Below, in pieces: positions 1 to 13,956 of a stretch of 64,000 bases of DNA; the first letter of the stretch is position 1, and each line of letters opens with the position of its first letter. Both the position numbers and the translations under genes were made by a program. Below the pieces are notes generated by a model. That model had not been told where the DNA came from, did not search any database, and saw only the letters and a list, made by a program, of their open reading frames with translations. The stretch comes from Longimicrobiales bacterium (GTDB lineage: Bacteria > Gemmatimonadota > Gemmatimonadetes > Longimicrobiales > Gaopeijiaceae): assembly GCA_965116905.1 (NCBI GenBank), contig OZ220732.1, positions 1,920,001-1,984,000 on the forward strand, written 5' to 3'.

Positions 1-52
1 GGTAGCGCTCAGCCGCTCTTCGGAGCGCCGGCGTCAGGTGTCTGGCGATCAT
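1..52 (-). CDS. 5' end of probable AAA_14/DUF4143-family ATP-binding protein (runs off window)
   Basis: ATG at 52 reads MIARHLTPALRRAAERY..., resembling the N-terminus that precedes Walker A in this family; only 17 codons visible. Confidence 0.4.
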   Translation of the reverse strand, partial: MIARHLTPALRRAAERY

Positions 53-58
53 CCGACA

Positions 59-87
59 AGTTTGGCGGATCACCCGAGTCATGTCAA
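59..87 (-). promoter_or_regulatory. putative sigma70 promoter, possibly leaderless transcript
   Basis: minus strand TTGACA-N17-CAAACT, then 6 nt to the ATG at 52. Confidence 0.4.
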
Positions 88-149
88 CTCGATGATACGA
101 TCACCCAAATGACATGCCCTAGCCGTCCATTCCAGCCTCCCCAACCCGT

Positions 150-196
150 GTAATGTACACTTTGATTTACATTATGTCATCCAAAGTTTACATTAC
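150..196. repeat. AT-rich 15-bp inverted repeat (operator-like or terminator)
   Basis: GTAATGTACACTTTG (150-164) and CAAAGTTTACATTAC (182-196), 1 mismatch; extra TTTACATTA copy in the spacer. Confidence 0.7.
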
Positions 197-197
197 C

Positions 198-3100
198 CTA
201 CTCCGGAGGCCACCTCGGCAGCGCCCGCCCCGTGGTCCACGGCACGCCGGCTTCTTCCAGCCGCGCCTCGAGCGCCGGCAGATCGGTCTCGACGAGCTGC
301 TGCAGGTCCGGATACAGCCCGCCGAACAGCCTCCGCGCGATCCGGTACTGCTCACGATGCGTCTCCGTCGGCCCGTGCATGCCGTTCCAGTGTCCGCGCA
401 CGATCTGGTTTACCCGCCCCGTGATCCCCGGCAGGTCGGGTTCCGCTCGCGACGTCCGGGTCCTTGATCCTTCCAGGGTCTCCCGGAGGTCCAGAAGGCG
501 GAGTTCCTGGGCACGGGCTTCGGTCATCAGCTCGACCGGCGCCGCTGGCCAGCGCTCCAGAGCCTGCTTGATGGCCGAGATCCGCTGTGCGGCTGCCGCG
601 GCCACGCGCTGGCTCCCCGTCACCGCGCGGAGCAGTTCGCCCGTCTCCCGCTGGAACGCGAGGATGCCCGCCCGGTCGCGCTGCGGGATCGCGGGCTCGT
701 TGATCGGCGCGATCGTGAACGCCACCGGCCCGGCCAGCTCGGTCACCTCGCCGTCGACGCGTTGCGCGAGCGACACGGTGTAGTCGCCCGGCAGCGCCAT
801 CGGGCCGTTCCCACCGCCGCCGAAGCCCCCAAAGCCGCCGAAGCCGCCTCCGCCGCCACCACCGGCCGTCACCGGATTGTAGCCCGGGTAGCGGTAGTTC
901 CACGTCGCGCGGTGAACGCCCCGGCTCGTCGAGCCACTCACGACGTTGACCACGCTGCCCATCTCGTCGCGGACCGTCAGGAACACCCGCGGCGCCTCTT
1001 CTCGATCCTCCGCCTCCAGCTCCTCCCACGTCGGATACGGCGTGTCTTCGCCCGCACGCTGCGCTCTCCGCTCGGCCGCCCTTCTCTCCGCCTCACGCGT
1101 GCGCAGCGTTTCGCCCACCCAGTACGTGAAGGTCACGCCCAGCGGGGGGTTGTCGGCCTGATAGAAGTCGCTGCCGTTCGCGCCGCCGGGGTTCCAGGGC
1201 ACGTACATGTCCCCATCGGCCACCTCGAAGATGTGCCCGCCGCCGGCCAGGATCTCGTCGGACGCGCGGGCCAGCTCGCGAAGCGGCGTGTAGTCGTCGA
1301 CCACGTAGAAGCTGCGGCCGAAGGTGGCCGCGACCAGGTCGCCCTCGCGCTTCTGGATCTCGAGTTCGCGCACGGCGATCGTCGGCAGTCCGCTGTCGAA
1401 ATCCATCCACGACTCGCCGCCGTCGACCGACACGAACGCCCCGAACTCGGCGCCCACGAAGAGCAGCCCCGGCTCGACGTGGTCCTGCACGATCGAAAAG
1501 CTCGGGCTGTTGTCGGGCAGCCCGCCGGTGATCATGGTCCAGTCGACGCCACGGTTCGTGGACTTGAGCACGTACGGACGGAAGTCGTTGCGCTTGAAGT
1601 TGTTCACCACGACGAACACCTCGTCGGCGTTGTGCAGCGACGCCTCGACGTCGTGGACGAAGCTCGCGTCCGGCACGCCCGGCAGGCTCTCGACGGCGCG
1701 CCAGTTCTCGCCGCCGTCCTCGGTCACCTGCACCAGCCCGTCGTCGGTGCCCACGTAGATCAGCCCCTCGACGAGCGGCGATTCCGAGACCGCCACGATA
1801 TGCCCGAACGACGACGTCGACCGGTTCTTGGCCACGGCATCCACGCTCCACACGCGCCCCATCACCTCGAGCTGGTTGCGGTCGATGTTGCGCGACAGGT
1901 CACCCGAGATCGCGCGCCAGCTGGTCCCCTGGTCGTCGCTCTGGAAGAGGATCTGCGCGCCGAAGTAGATGCGGTTGTTGTCGTGCGGCGACATGTGCAG
2001 CCCGGCGTCCCAGTACCAGCGCAGCGGGGGTCCGTCGGGGTCCGGCTGCGGCTGGATGTCGAGGCGCTCCTTGCTGCCCCGGTCGAACCGCGAGATCACC
2101 CCGTACTGCAGCTGCGAGATGATGATGTCGGGGTTCTCGGGATCGATCACCGGGTCGAACCCGTCGCCCCCGAGGGTCACGTACCAGTCCGAATTGCGTA
2201 TGCCGCCGCCCAGCGTCTGTGATGGTCCGCCCAGCGTGTTGTTGTCCTGCGTGCCGCCGTAGACGTAGTAGAACGGCTCGTCGTTGGAGGTGGCGACCTT
2301 GTAGAACTGGGTCAGCGGCAGGTTGGGGAAGAAGTGCCAGCTCTCGCCGAAGTCGTGAGTTTCGTACAGCCCGCCGTCGTTGCCCAGGATCAGGTGCTCG
2401 GGGTCGTCCGGATCGAAGGCGATTGCGTGATGGTCGACGTGCACGCCCTGCGTGGGCAGCCGGCCCCACGTCTCGCCCCCGTCGTCGGACATCTGGACGA
2501 AGGTGTCGAGCGAGTAGATGCGGTCGAAGCGGTGCGGATCGGCGTAGAGTTCGTGGTAGTACATGGCCGCGCCCGACTGGTAGCGCGAGGTCCGGCTCCA
2601 GCTCTCGCCCATGTTCTCGCTGCGGAAGGTGCCGCCGTTGTTCCCGGACGCCTCGACGATGGCATAGAGCACGTCGGGGTTGATCGGCGAGATCGCCATC
2701 CCGATGCGCCCCTTGTCCCCGCCCGGCAGCCCGCGGTTGATCGCGCGCCAGGTGTTTCCGCCGTCGGTGGACTTGTGGATGCCGGAGCCCGGCCCGCCGT
2801 CGATCATCGTCCACTGGTGCCTGCGGCGCTGCCACGACGACGCATACATCACGTCCGGGTTGCGGGGGTCGAAGTAGACCTCGTTGACGCCGGTGTGCTC
2901 GTCGATTTCGAGGACTCGCTCCCATGTGTCGCCGCCGTCCGTGGTGCGGTAGAGCCCGCGCTCTCCGCCCTCGGCCCACAGCGGCCCCTGCGCCGCGACG
3001 AAGACCGTGCGCGAGTCGTCGGGGTGCACCGCGATCATGCCGATGTGCCGCGACGTCTCCAGTCCCATGTTCGTGAACGAGCGCCCGCCGTCGACCGACT

Positions 3101-3581
3101 TGTAGACGCCGTCACCGTAGCCCACCGAGCGCTGGCCGTTGTTCTCGCCGGTGCCGACCCACAGCGTGAGGTGGTCGTTCGGGTCGAGCGCGATCGCGCC
3201 GATCGAATACGAGCCGTAGTTGTCGAAGATCGGCGTCCAGGTGGTCCCGGCGTTGGTCGTCTTCCACACGTTCCCCGACGAGGCCGCGACGTACCAGGTG
3301 CTGCGGTCCGTGGGGTCGACCGCGATGTCCGCGATGCGCCCCGAGGCCACCGCCGGACCGATGCTCCGCCAGCGGAAGGAGGAGAGGAGGCCGGCGTTCA
3401 GCTCGGCGGGGCCGTCCTCGCCGCCGCCGGCACCGCCCCCGCGCTGCTGGGCGGGGAGGGGGGAGGGAACCGCGAGGGGTGCGATTGCCGCGAGCAGGGT
3501 CGTGCCGAGTAGGGTGGTGGCCAGCAGGGTCGCCAGGGTGACCGGGCGCCGAACGGCTGTACGGGAGCGATGGTCGTGCAT
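198..3581 (-). CDS. secreted BNR/Asp-box (VPS10/sortilin-like, GH74-like) beta-propeller protein
   Basis: signal peptide; WRSIGPAVASGRIADIAVDP; many S/T-x-D-G-G-x-T-W Asp-box repeats; AGGA RBS before ATG 3581. Confidence 0.85.
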   Translation of the reverse strand: MHDHRSRTAVRRPVTLATLLATTLLGTTLLAAIAPLAVPSPLPAQQRGGGAGGGEDGPAELNAGLLSSFRWRSIGPAVASGRIADIAVDPTDRSTWYVAASSGNVWKTTNAGTTWTPIFDNYGSYSIGAIALDPNDHLTLWVGTGENNGQRSVGYGDGVYKSVDGGRSFTNMGLETSRHIGMIAVHPDDSRTVFVAAQGPLWAEGGERGLYRTTDGGDTWERVLEIDEHTGVNEVYFDPRNPDVMYASSWQRRRHQWTMIDGGPGSGIHKSTDGGNTWRAINRGLPGGDKGRIGMAISPINPDVLYAIVEASGNNGGTFRSENMGESWSRTSRYQSGAAMYYHELYADPHRFDRIYSLDTFVQMSDDGGETWGRLPTQGVHVDHHAIAFDPDDPEHLILGNDGGLYETHDFGESWHFFPNLPLTQFYKVATSNDEPFYYVYGGTQDNNTLGGPSQTLGGGIRNSDWYVTLGGDGFDPVIDPENPDIIISQLQYGVISRFDRGSKERLDIQPQPDPDGPPLRWYWDAGLHMSPHDNNRIYFGAQILFQSDDQGTSWRAISGDLSRNIDRNQLEVMGRVWSVDAVAKNRSTSSFGHIVAVSESPLVEGLIYVGTDDGLVQVTEDGGENWRAVESLPGVPDASFVHDVEASLHNADEVFVVVNNFKRNDFRPYVLKSTNRGVDWTMITGGLPDNSPSFSIVQDHVEPGLLFVGAEFGAFVSVDGGESWMDFDSGLPTIAVRELEIQKREGDLVAATFGRSFYVVDDYTPLRELARASDEILAGGGHIFEVADGDMYVPWNPGGANGSDFYQADNPPLGVTFTYWVGETLRTREAERRAAERRAQRAGEDTPYPTWEELEAEDREEAPRVFLTVRDEMGSVVNVVSGSTSRGVHRATWNYRYPGYNPVTAGGGGGGGFGGFGGFGGGGNGPMALPGDYTVSLAQRVDGEVTELAGPVAFTIAPINEPAIPQRDRAGILAFQRETGELLRAVTGSQRVAAAAAQRISAIKQALERWPAAPVELMTEARAQELRLLDLRETLEGSRTRTSRAEPDLPGITGRVNQIVRGHWNGMHGPTETHREQYRIARRLFGGLYPDLQQLVETDLPALEARLEEAGVPWTTGRALPRWPPE

Positions 3582-3654
3582 TGTGGTTCCTGATTGCGTG
3601 TTGATGGCAGCGTGACGCTGGGAGTCCGTGGAGTCTACTGTTGGAAGGGTGCGC

Positions 3655-3711
3655 ATGTCGACAGTCAACGTTCCCGAGGCCAAGACCCACCTCACTTGTA
3701 GGCGGGCCTAA
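3655..3711 (+). pseudogene. remnant of Phd/YefM-family antitoxin N-terminus
   Basis: GGAAGG RBS then MSTVNVPEAKTHLTCRRA*, matching the MxTVNxxEAKTHLS start of Phd antitoxins; stops after 18 codons. Confidence 0.55.
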
Positions 3712-3720
3712 CTGTCCTGG

Positions 3721-6063
3721 TCAGCTCCCCACCCCAATCGGCGCCCGAATCAGCTCATCCGGGATCCGGAACGCGTCCACCAGCTCCACCGCCCTCGGCG
3801 CCAGCTCGCGGCACCGGCGGTTGACCTCGCTCCGAATGGCCTCGCTCTTGGCGGGTTCGAAGTAACCCGCTTCGAGGTACCACGCGCGGTGCTTCTCGAG
3901 CGTGACCAGGCCGTAGAGGGCCACGACATCGGTCACCAGCTCCTTGCCTTCGCCCTCCGGCGATCCGGCCAGCGCCGCGACCGAAGCTTCCATGCCGATC
4001 CGGTCCACGTGGGCGCGGGCCAGAGCGATCAGGTGATCCTGACATTCGTTCACCGCTTCGAAGCTGTCCATTCCCCCGTCCATGCGGGACTTGAGACGGC
4101 GGGCGGCGGAACGTAGCAGGCGCTGTTCCCGGTAACGGAGAGCGGACAGGTGGAACTCCTGGTCGGCGAGGTGCTCCGGATCGGTCCTGCGGGTCACGAC
4201 CGGGTTCATGTCGGCAATGCGAGTGCCCGCCAGCTCGGCCAGGTACCGCGCCATCCCCCACATGGTGAGGTCGCCGATGTGCCTGCGGTAGCGGGACAGC
4301 AGCCCCTTGGCCACGAGTTGAAGCAGCACGGGGTTGGCGCCTTCGAAGGTGACGAAGACGTCCGTGTCGGCCATGAGGCGGCCGAACTGGTTCTCGGCCA
4401 GGTACCCCTGGCCTCCGCACGCCTCTCTGCACGCCTGCAGCGTGTGGAGCGCATTGCGGGAGGCCACGGCCTTCAGGGCGGCGGCGCGGACCTCGACCTC
4501 GCGGGGATCCGTCCCGGAGTCCCCGTAGCGGCGGGTCAGGTCACGGATCGCGAACCCCAGGGCGTAGGTGGTTGCAAGCCGCGGCAGTAGCTCGCGCTGG
4601 AGCGCCAGGTAGTCCAGAACCGGCACCTCCGGTCCTCCGGCGGGGCCAAACTGCCGGCGGTGGGCCGCGTAGCGGATCGCGATGGTCAGCGCCTTCTTCG
4701 TCACGGCGTGCGAGGCCGCGGCGATGCTGATCCGCCCCGATACCAGGGTTCCCAGCATCGTGAAGAAGCGCCGCCCGGGACTCGGGATCGGGCTATGATA
4801 GTCCCCCTCTTCGCTTACCCGCGCGAAGCGGTCCAGCAGGGCGACCCTCGGCACCCGCACGTGGTCGAACCGGATTCGGCCGTTGTCCACGCCGTTCAGC
4901 CCCTCCTTGGCACCACAGTCCTCGATGCGGACCCCGGGCAGGGCTGCGCCGCCCGCGTCCCGAATGGGGACCAGGAAGGCGTGAACGCCATGGTCCTGCG
5001 GGTGTGATCCTCCGTTGGCGGCGGCGTCTCCGCGGTTGGGCATGCGCAGCCGGGCGAAAACGGTCGCCATCCGTCCGTGCAGGGCGGCGTTGCCGATGTA
5101 GTCCTTCTGCGCGTCCTCGTCCGGGGTATGGATCACGAACTTCCGCGCGGTGGTGTCGTAGGTGGCGGTCGTGCGGATGTCGCGAACGTTGGACCCGTGG
5201 CCGCGCTCGGTCATGGCGAAACACCCGGGCAACTCCAGCGAGGCCACACGCGGCAGATACCGGCGGTGGTGCCTGTCCGTCCCCAGCTGCGCGATGCTGC
5301 CGCCGAACAGCCCGAACTGCACCCCGTACTTGACGAGGACACTGAGGTCTCCCAGCGCGAGTTCCTCGAAGACGGCGACCGCCCCGCCGATGTCGCCCCG
5401 GCCGCCGAATTCGCGCGGATAGGCGATCGCGCCCAGCCCCTCGTCCGCCAGCACACGCACCGCGGCGAGGGTGCGCTCGCGGTACTTCGCACGCGGGATT
5501 TCGTCGGGGATGGCCAGTTCGGGTCGAAAAAGCACGGTCCTCACCCGCCGCCGGAGTTCGGCGTGGTCGCCCGCGATGAGGACCGCGGCTTCATCGGCCG
5601 GCCCGGGTGCGCGGGCCTCGGCCTCGAGCACCTCGCACTCGGCTGCCGTGATCTCCCGGAGGGCCTCGGCCCCTGCCACACCCAGCTCCAGCTCCACGCG
5701 CTCCAGCGTCGCCAGCGCATCGCCACGCCAGGGCGCCCGGCCGGCCGGCGCACCCTGCACATGCCGCTCGGCGACGGCCAATCCGGCTCGAGTCAGCGTC
5801 AGCGGGCCCCTGCCGGCCGCCTCGAGCACCAGCGCAGTGGCTTCTCCGAAAACGGTGGGCGTGGGCGGCGCGTCCGGATTCAGCCAGTCCCGCACCTGGG
5901 CGCGGCCCTCGGGCGTCATCCAGTCGGCCTCCCGGAGCGGTCCGGTGACGGCACGCAGCTCCTCGTCCTCCATCAGACCGTCTGCCCAGACCGCGCATAG
6001 CATCGGCAGAAACGCGAGGAAGGTCGGGTCGGTCGAGAGAATGGGCTGCGAGGTGGTCGGCAT
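3721..6063 (-). CDS. acyl-CoA oxidase / acyl-CoA dehydrogenase family protein with extra N-terminal domain
   Basis: GCFAMTERGHGSNVRDIRTTATYD, KEGLNGVDNG, CREACGGQGY and TFEGANPVLLQ motifs typical of acyl-CoA oxidases; start uncertain (6063 or 6087). Confidence 0.85.
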   Translation of the reverse strand: MPTTSQPILSTDPTFLAFLPMLCAVWADGLMEDEELRAVTGPLREADWMTPEGRAQVRDWLNPDAPPTPTVFGEATALVLEAAGRGPLTLTRAGLAVAERHVQGAPAGRAPWRGDALATLERVELELGVAGAEALREITAAECEVLEAEARAPGPADEAAVLIAGDHAELRRRVRTVLFRPELAIPDEIPRAKYRERTLAAVRVLADEGLGAIAYPREFGGRGDIGGAVAVFEELALGDLSVLVKYGVQFGLFGGSIAQLGTDRHHRRYLPRVASLELPGCFAMTERGHGSNVRDIRTTATYDTTARKFVIHTPDEDAQKDYIGNAALHGRMATVFARLRMPNRGDAAANGGSHPQDHGVHAFLVPIRDAGGAALPGVRIEDCGAKEGLNGVDNGRIRFDHVRVPRVALLDRFARVSEEGDYHSPIPSPGRRFFTMLGTLVSGRISIAAASHAVTKKALTIAIRYAAHRRQFGPAGGPEVPVLDYLALQRELLPRLATTYALGFAIRDLTRRYGDSGTDPREVEVRAAALKAVASRNALHTLQACREACGGQGYLAENQFGRLMADTDVFVTFEGANPVLLQLVAKGLLSRYRRHIGDLTMWGMARYLAELAGTRIADMNPVVTRRTDPEHLADQEFHLSALRYREQRLLRSAARRLKSRMDGGMDSFEAVNECQDHLIALARAHVDRIGMEASVAALAGSPEGEGKELVTDVVALYGLVTLEKHRAWYLEAGYFEPAKSEAIRSEVNRRCRELAPRAVELVDAFRIPDELIRAPIGVGS

Positions 6064-6213
6064 GGTGCGGATACTCTTCAAGGGCATGTTCCTACCGAAA
6101 GATACCCGCGACGACGCGGCCCTGTTCATCACCCGCCCCCTTGAAATCCGCCACTCGCCGGGGCAGTATCGACTCTTTCCCGATCCATCCGTCCCCTCCA
6201 ACGCCAAGCGCCG

Positions 6214-6717
6214 ATGAGCCGACCTCTGGTGGGCGTGATCATGGGATCCCGCAGCGACTGGGACACCATGAGGCACGCGTGCGACACACTCGACGACCTG
6301 GGCGTCCCGCACGAGGCAGCGGTGGTGTCGGCGCACCGGACGCCGGACCGCCTGTACGAATACGCCTCCAGCGCCGAGAAGAGGGGGCTGAAGGTGATCA
6401 TCGCCGGGGCCGGCGGGGCAGCGCATCTGCCGGGCATGGTGGCCTCGAAGACGGTGCTGCCCGTGCTGGGGGTGCCGGTGCAGTCGCGCGCGCTGCGGGG
6501 CCTCGATTCGCTGCTGTCGATCGTGCAGATGCCGGGAGGCGTTCCCGTGGGCACCATGGCCATCGGCGTCGCCGGCGCCACCAACGCGGGACTGCTGGCG
6601 GCCCGGATTCTGGGCGGTGACGATCCCGCCCTCCGGGAGGCCGTGCGCGCGTACGCACGTGCACGCACCGAAGCGGTCATGGCGGACCCGGATCCGCGCC
6701 AGCCTCCCCCTCGGTGA
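6214..6717 (+). CDS. purE: N5-carboxyaminoimidazole ribonucleotide mutase
   Basis: [40 protein letters not shown]. Confidence 0.97.
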   Translation: MSRPLVGVIMGSRSDWDTMRHACDTLDDLGVPHEAAVVSAHRTPDRLYEYASSAEKRGLKVIIAGAGGAAHLPGMVASKTVLPVLGVPVQSRALRGLDSLLSIVQMPGGVPVGTMAIGVAGATNAGLLAARILGGDDPALREAVRAYARARTEAVMADPDPRQPPPR

Positions 6718-7802
6718 GGGTCGGCGTCCTCGGCGGCGGGCAACTGGCCCGCATGCTCGCGCTGGAAGGCATCCCGCTCGGGCACCGGTTCACCTTTCTG
6801 GAGCCGGCCCCCGACCCGCCCGCCGCCGCGCTCGGCGAGGTCGTGGACACGGCATACGACGACCCGGCGGGCCTCGCGCGGATCGCGGCGGCCACCGATG
6901 TCGTCACTTACGAGTTCGAAAACGTGCCCGGGGCCGCAGCCGCCTATCTTGCGGCCCGGCTGCCGGTGCTGCCCCCGCCGCCGGCGCTGGAAGCCACGCA
7001 GGACCGGCTGGTCGAGAAGCGACTGTTCCGGGAGCTGGGGATCCCGACCGCCCCGTTCCACCCCGTCGACACGCGCGACGACCTGGACCCCGCCCTCGCC
7101 ATCGCCGGCTTGCCCGCCGTGTTCAAGACGCGGCGATTCGGCTACGACGGCAAGGGGCAGGCCGTCGTACACTCGGCCGAAGAAGCCGCGGCGGCCGTTG
7201 CCACGCTGGGACCCGGTCTCATCGCGGAGGGCTTCGTCGGATTCTCGCGGGAACTCAGCGTCCTCGGCGTCGGCGCCCGCGACGGCGGCCGGGTCTTCTA
7301 CCCGCTGACCGAGAACCGCCACCGCGACGGGATCCTGCGGGTCAGCCGGGCACCGGCGCCGGGGGTGACGCCGGAGCTCCAGGCCCGTGCGGAGGGACTC
7401 GCCGCGCGCGTCATGGACCGGCTCGGCTACGTCGGCGTGCTCGCCATCGAACTGTTCCAGGTCGGCGACCGGCTGATGGCCAACGAAATGGCGCCGCGCG
7501 TGCACAATTCCGGGCACTGGACCCTGGACGGAGCCAGCGTCAGCCAGTTCGAGAACCACGTCCGGGCGGTCACCGGACTTGCCCTGGCGGAACCGCGCGT
7601 GCCGGGCCCCGCCGCCATGGTCAACATCATCGGCGAACCCCCGGATCCGGCCGACGTCGCCGCACTGCCGTTCGCGCACCTTCACCTCTACGACAAGGCG
7701 CCGCGCCCGGGGCGCAAGCTGGGCCATGTGAACATCACGGGCCCGTGCGAAGACGAGGTCGCGGAGGGCGTCCAGCGGGTCCGTGAAATGCTGACCGGAT
7801 AG
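6714..7802 (+). CDS. purK: N5-carboxyaminoimidazole ribonucleotide synthase
   Basis: [36 protein letters not shown]; overlaps purE stop by 4 nt. Confidence 0.97.
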   Translation: MRVGVLGGGQLARMLALEGIPLGHRFTFLEPAPDPPAAALGEVVDTAYDDPAGLARIAAATDVVTYEFENVPGAAAAYLAARLPVLPPPPALEATQDRLVEKRLFRELGIPTAPFHPVDTRDDLDPALAIAGLPAVFKTRRFGYDGKGQAVVHSAEEAAAAVATLGPGLIAEGFVGFSRELSVLGVGARDGGRVFYPLTENRHRDGILRVSRAPAPGVTPELQARAEGLAARVMDRLGYVGVLAIELFQVGDRLMANEMAPRVHNSGHWTLDGASVSQFENHVRAVTGLALAEPRVPGPAAMVNIIGEPPDPADVAALPFAHLHLYDKAPRPGRKLGHVNITGPCEDEVAEGVQRVREMLTG

Positions 7803-7851
7803 GCCCCCGGCGCGCACACGGCCGCCCCCCCGCCGCGCCGCGAATTTGCGT

Positions 7852-7880
7852 TTGACTTTTTCTCGCCCTTCCCCTACCTT
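7852..7880 (+). promoter_or_regulatory. sigma70-type promoter of the str/ribosomal superoperon
   Basis: TTGACT-N17-TACCTT about 130 nt upstream of rpsL. Confidence 0.7.
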
Positions 7881-8011
7881 TTCCAGGCTGTCCAGGAAAC
7901 GAGCCTGGAGGGTTTCCACTTCCGGGCGACACGGCGCGCTTGATCGAACAGGCGCGCTTTTGTTCGCCCGTCCGGTGGAGCCGCCGAAATGAACTCACGG
8001 ACCCGGTTCGA

Positions 8012-8383
8012 ATGCCCACACTGAACCAACTGGTGCGGAAGGGGCGCGCGCGGCTGGCGAAGAAGAACAAGTCGCCCGCGCTCCAGAAGAACCCCCAGAA
8101 ACGGGGGGTCTGCACCCGTGTGTACACGACCACGCCCAAGAAGCCGAATTCGGCGCTGCGGAAGGTGGCCCGCGTCCGGCTCACCAACGGCTACGAAGTG
8201 ACGGCCTACATCGGCGGCGAGGGTCACAACCTCCAGGAGCACTCGATCGTGCTGATTCGCGGCGGTCGGGTGCGGGATCTTCCGGGAGTGCGCTATCACA
8301 TCGTTCGCGGCACGCTCGACACCTCGGGCGTCTCCGAGCGCCGGCAGGGGCGGTCCAAGTACGGAGCGAAGCGGCCCAGGTAG
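8012..8383 (+). CDS. rpsL: 30S ribosomal protein S12
   Basis: [37 protein letters not shown]. Confidence 0.99.
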   Translation: MPTLNQLVRKGRARLAKKNKSPALQKNPQKRGVCTRVYTTTPKKPNSALRKVARVRLTNGYEVTAYIGGEGHNLQEHSIVLIRGGRVRDLPGVRYHIVRGTLDTSGVSERRQGRSKYGAKRPR

Positions 8384-8407
8384 GCCGCATCGAAAGGGAA
8401 TAGCCGC

Positions 8408-8878
8408 ATGAGCCGACGTACCCGGGCGATCCGCCGACAGATTCCGGATGACCCGCGCTATGGGTCGGCGGTCGTGCAGAAGTTCATCAACGGCTTGATG
8501 CTGGACGGCAAGAAGTCGCTCGCCGAGCGGATCTTCTACGAGGCGATGGGGATCGTGGAGACGAAGTCCGGGCAACCGGCCGTCAACGTCTTCCAGCAGG
8601 CGCTGAACAACTCGAAGCCGGCCCTGGAGGTGAAGAGCCGGCGCGTCGGGGGCGCCACGTACCAGGTCCCCATCGAAGTGCGCCCGGAACGCCGTCAGGC
8701 GCTTGCGATCAAGTGGCTGATCGGTTTCGCGCGTTCCCGGGGAGAACGGACCATGGCCCAGCGGCTGGCGGGAGAGCTTCTTTCCGCAAGCCGGGGCGAA
8801 GGTGCCACTGTTAAGAAAAAGGACGACACGCATCGGATGGCCGAAGCCAACAAAGCCTTCGCGCACTACCGCTGGTAG
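8408..8878 (+). CDS. rpsG: 30S ribosomal protein S7
   Basis: [30 protein letters not shown]. Confidence 0.99.
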   Translation: MSRRTRAIRRQIPDDPRYGSAVVQKFINGLMLDGKKSLAERIFYEAMGIVETKSGQPAVNVFQQALNNSKPALEVKSRRVGGATYQVPIEVRPERRQALAIKWLIGFARSRGERTMAQRLAGELLSASRGEGATVKKKDDTHRMAEANKAFAHYRW

Positions 8879-8987
8879 TCCTACACCCCGCCGTCGCCGG
8901 CCCGCGGGGGTCGGAGGCGAATGGGAGGGATCCCGGCGGGGACGCTGTTTGACAGGCCCGAAAACAACCAGAGTTGCGAAATAGATC

Positions 8988-11081
<2,094 letters not shown>

Positions 11082-11117
11082 TGCCGCCGCACACACCTCA
11101 ATCTCAACGGGGGTAGA

Positions 11118-12308
<1,191 letters not shown>

Positions 12309-12353
12309 GCGATCATGGCAGCGAACCCCGGCTCGGCTGGAGGGCAGCAAGGG

Positions 12354-12662
12354 ATGACGAACAGGATACGGATTCGCCTGAAGGCGTTCGATCACTGGGT
12401 GGTGGATCAGACGGCCGCCGACATCGTGCGCACGGCGCAGAAGACCGGTGCCAGGATCCGCGGACCGATTCCCCTGCCGACTCGCCGCCAGCGCTGGACG
12501 GTGCTGAGGTCGCCTCACATCGACAAGAAGAGCAGGGAGCAGTTTGAACTCAGGACGCACAAGCGTCTGATCGACATCGTCGAAAGCCGCCCTCAGACCA
12601 TCGACGCGCTGACCAAGCTGGATCTTCCGGCGGGTGTGGACGTCGAGATCAAGGTGGACTGA
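12354..12662 (+). CDS. rpsJ: 30S ribosomal protein S10
   Basis: [30 protein letters not shown]. Confidence 0.98.
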   Translation: MTNRIRIRLKAFDHWVVDQTAADIVRTAQKTGARIRGPIPLPTRRQRWTVLRSPHIDKKSREQFELRTHKRLIDIVESRPQTIDALTKLDLPAGVDVEIKVD

Positions 12663-12665
12663 CAG

Positions 12666-13283
12666 ATGCCAGGACTTATCGGCAGGAAGATCGGAATGAC
12701 CCGCGTCTTCACGGACGAAGGCCGGGCCGTGCCCGTGACCGTGGTGCAGGCCGGGCCCTGTTCGGTGCTGCAGGTGAAGACCGACGGTTCCGACGGCTAT
12801 GCGGCGGTCCAGGTCGGCTTCGGCGCCATGAAGCACAAGAGGACCGGCAAGGCCCGGCTCGGTCACGCGGCGAAAGCGGGCCTCGATGCGGCTCCCCGCC
12901 TGGTCCGCGAGTTTCCGCCCGCCGAGGGCGACAGCTACGAACCGGGCCAGGAGCTCACGGTCGACCTGTTCGCCGAGGGCCAGCGCGTCCGCGTGACCGG
13001 CGTCACGAAGGGGCGCGGCTTTCAGGGCGTCGTGAAGCGTCACGGCTTCGCCGGAAGGCCGGCCAGCCACGGACATCCGATGTCCCGCACCCCGGGTTCG
13101 ATGGGTCCGGGAACCGACCCGTCGAGGGTCATCAAGGGAAAGAAGCTGCCCGGCCGCATGGGCGGAAGCAGAAGGACGATTCGCAACCTGGAAATCGTGC
13201 GGGTCGATTCGGAGCGGAACCTGCTGTTCGTCAAGGGCGGGATTCCGGGCAGCAGGAACAGCTACGTCCTGATCCGGAAATAG
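12666..13283 (+). CDS. rplC: 50S ribosomal protein L3
   Basis: [22 protein letters not shown]. Confidence 0.98.
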   Translation: MPGLIGRKIGMTRVFTDEGRAVPVTVVQAGPCSVLQVKTDGSDGYAAVQVGFGAMKHKRTGKARLGHAAKAGLDAAPRLVREFPPAEGDSYEPGQELTVDLFAEGQRVRVTGVTKGRGFQGVVKRHGFAGRPASHGHPMSRTPGSMGPGTDPSRVIKGKKLPGRMGGSRRTIRNLEIVRVDSERNLLFVKGGIPGSRNSYVLIRK

Positions 13284-13287
13284 CGAC

Positions 13288-13956
13288 ATGTATCAAGCCA
13301 CCTACTTCAAGGCGGACGGCACCCCGGGTTCGGAGATCACGCTCCCGAGCGCGTTCTTCGACGGGGTGATCCACGAAACGGCGCTCCACCAGGTGATCAA
13401 GGCCCAATTGGCCAATCGTCGCCAGGGCACGGCATCCAGGAAGAACCGGAGCGCCGTCAGAGGCGGGAGCCGCAAGCCGTGGAGGCAGAAGGGTACGGGG
13501 CGCGCGCGCCAGGGCACGATCCGGGCGGCTCAGTGGAGAGGCGGGGGGAGGGCGTTTCCGCCGCAGGCCCATTCGTGGAACCAGAAGATTCCGAAAAGAT
13601 TGCGGGCCCTCGCCCGCAGTTCCGCGTACAACAGCCGCGCCGAGGCGGGGCGCGTGGCGGTCATCGAGGGCTTCGACTTCGAGGCGCCCCGGACCCGGCG
13701 GCTGACGCAGCTGCTCGGCAAGATCGACCGGCCCGGCAAGATCCTCTTCCTCACCAACGGGTTGAATCGCGAGCTCTACCTGTCGGGACGCAACCTCCCC
13801 GAAGTGCGCGTCATGCCGTTCGGCCTGGAGTCGACCTACGACGTCGTCTGGTCCGGCACGGTCATCATCGAAGAGGCGGCGCTTGCCACGGTTGGCGACG
13901 CGGCGGTCCGGGACGAGCGCCCGCGCCGGCGGCCCATCGGGCAGGAGGAGGCATGA
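13288..13956 (+). CDS. rplD: 50S ribosomal protein L4
   Basis: [15 protein letters not shown]; position in S10 operon. Confidence 0.98.
   Translation: MYQATYFKADGTPGSEITLPSAFFDGVIHETALHQVIKAQLANRRQGTASRKNRSAVRGGSRKPWRQKGTGRARQGTIRAAQWRGGGRAFPPQAHSWNQKIPKRLRALARSSAYNSRAEAGRVAVIEGFDFEAPRTRRLTQLLGKIDRPGKILFLTNGLNRELYLSGRNLPEVRVMPFGLESTYDVVWSGTVIIEEAALATVGDAAVRDERPRRRPIGQEEA

Noticed and set aside
810..866. Gly/Phe repeat (GGGGGGGFGGFGGFGGGG) in the propeller protein
   Set aside because: Ordinary low-complexity coding linker common in this protein family.
8879..8987. rpsG-fusA spacer with CCCCGCCG/CGGCGGGG stem and a TTGACA hexamer
   Set aside because: No convincing -10 at proper spacing; an 8-bp GC stem is expected by chance at this GC content; no RNA family recognised.
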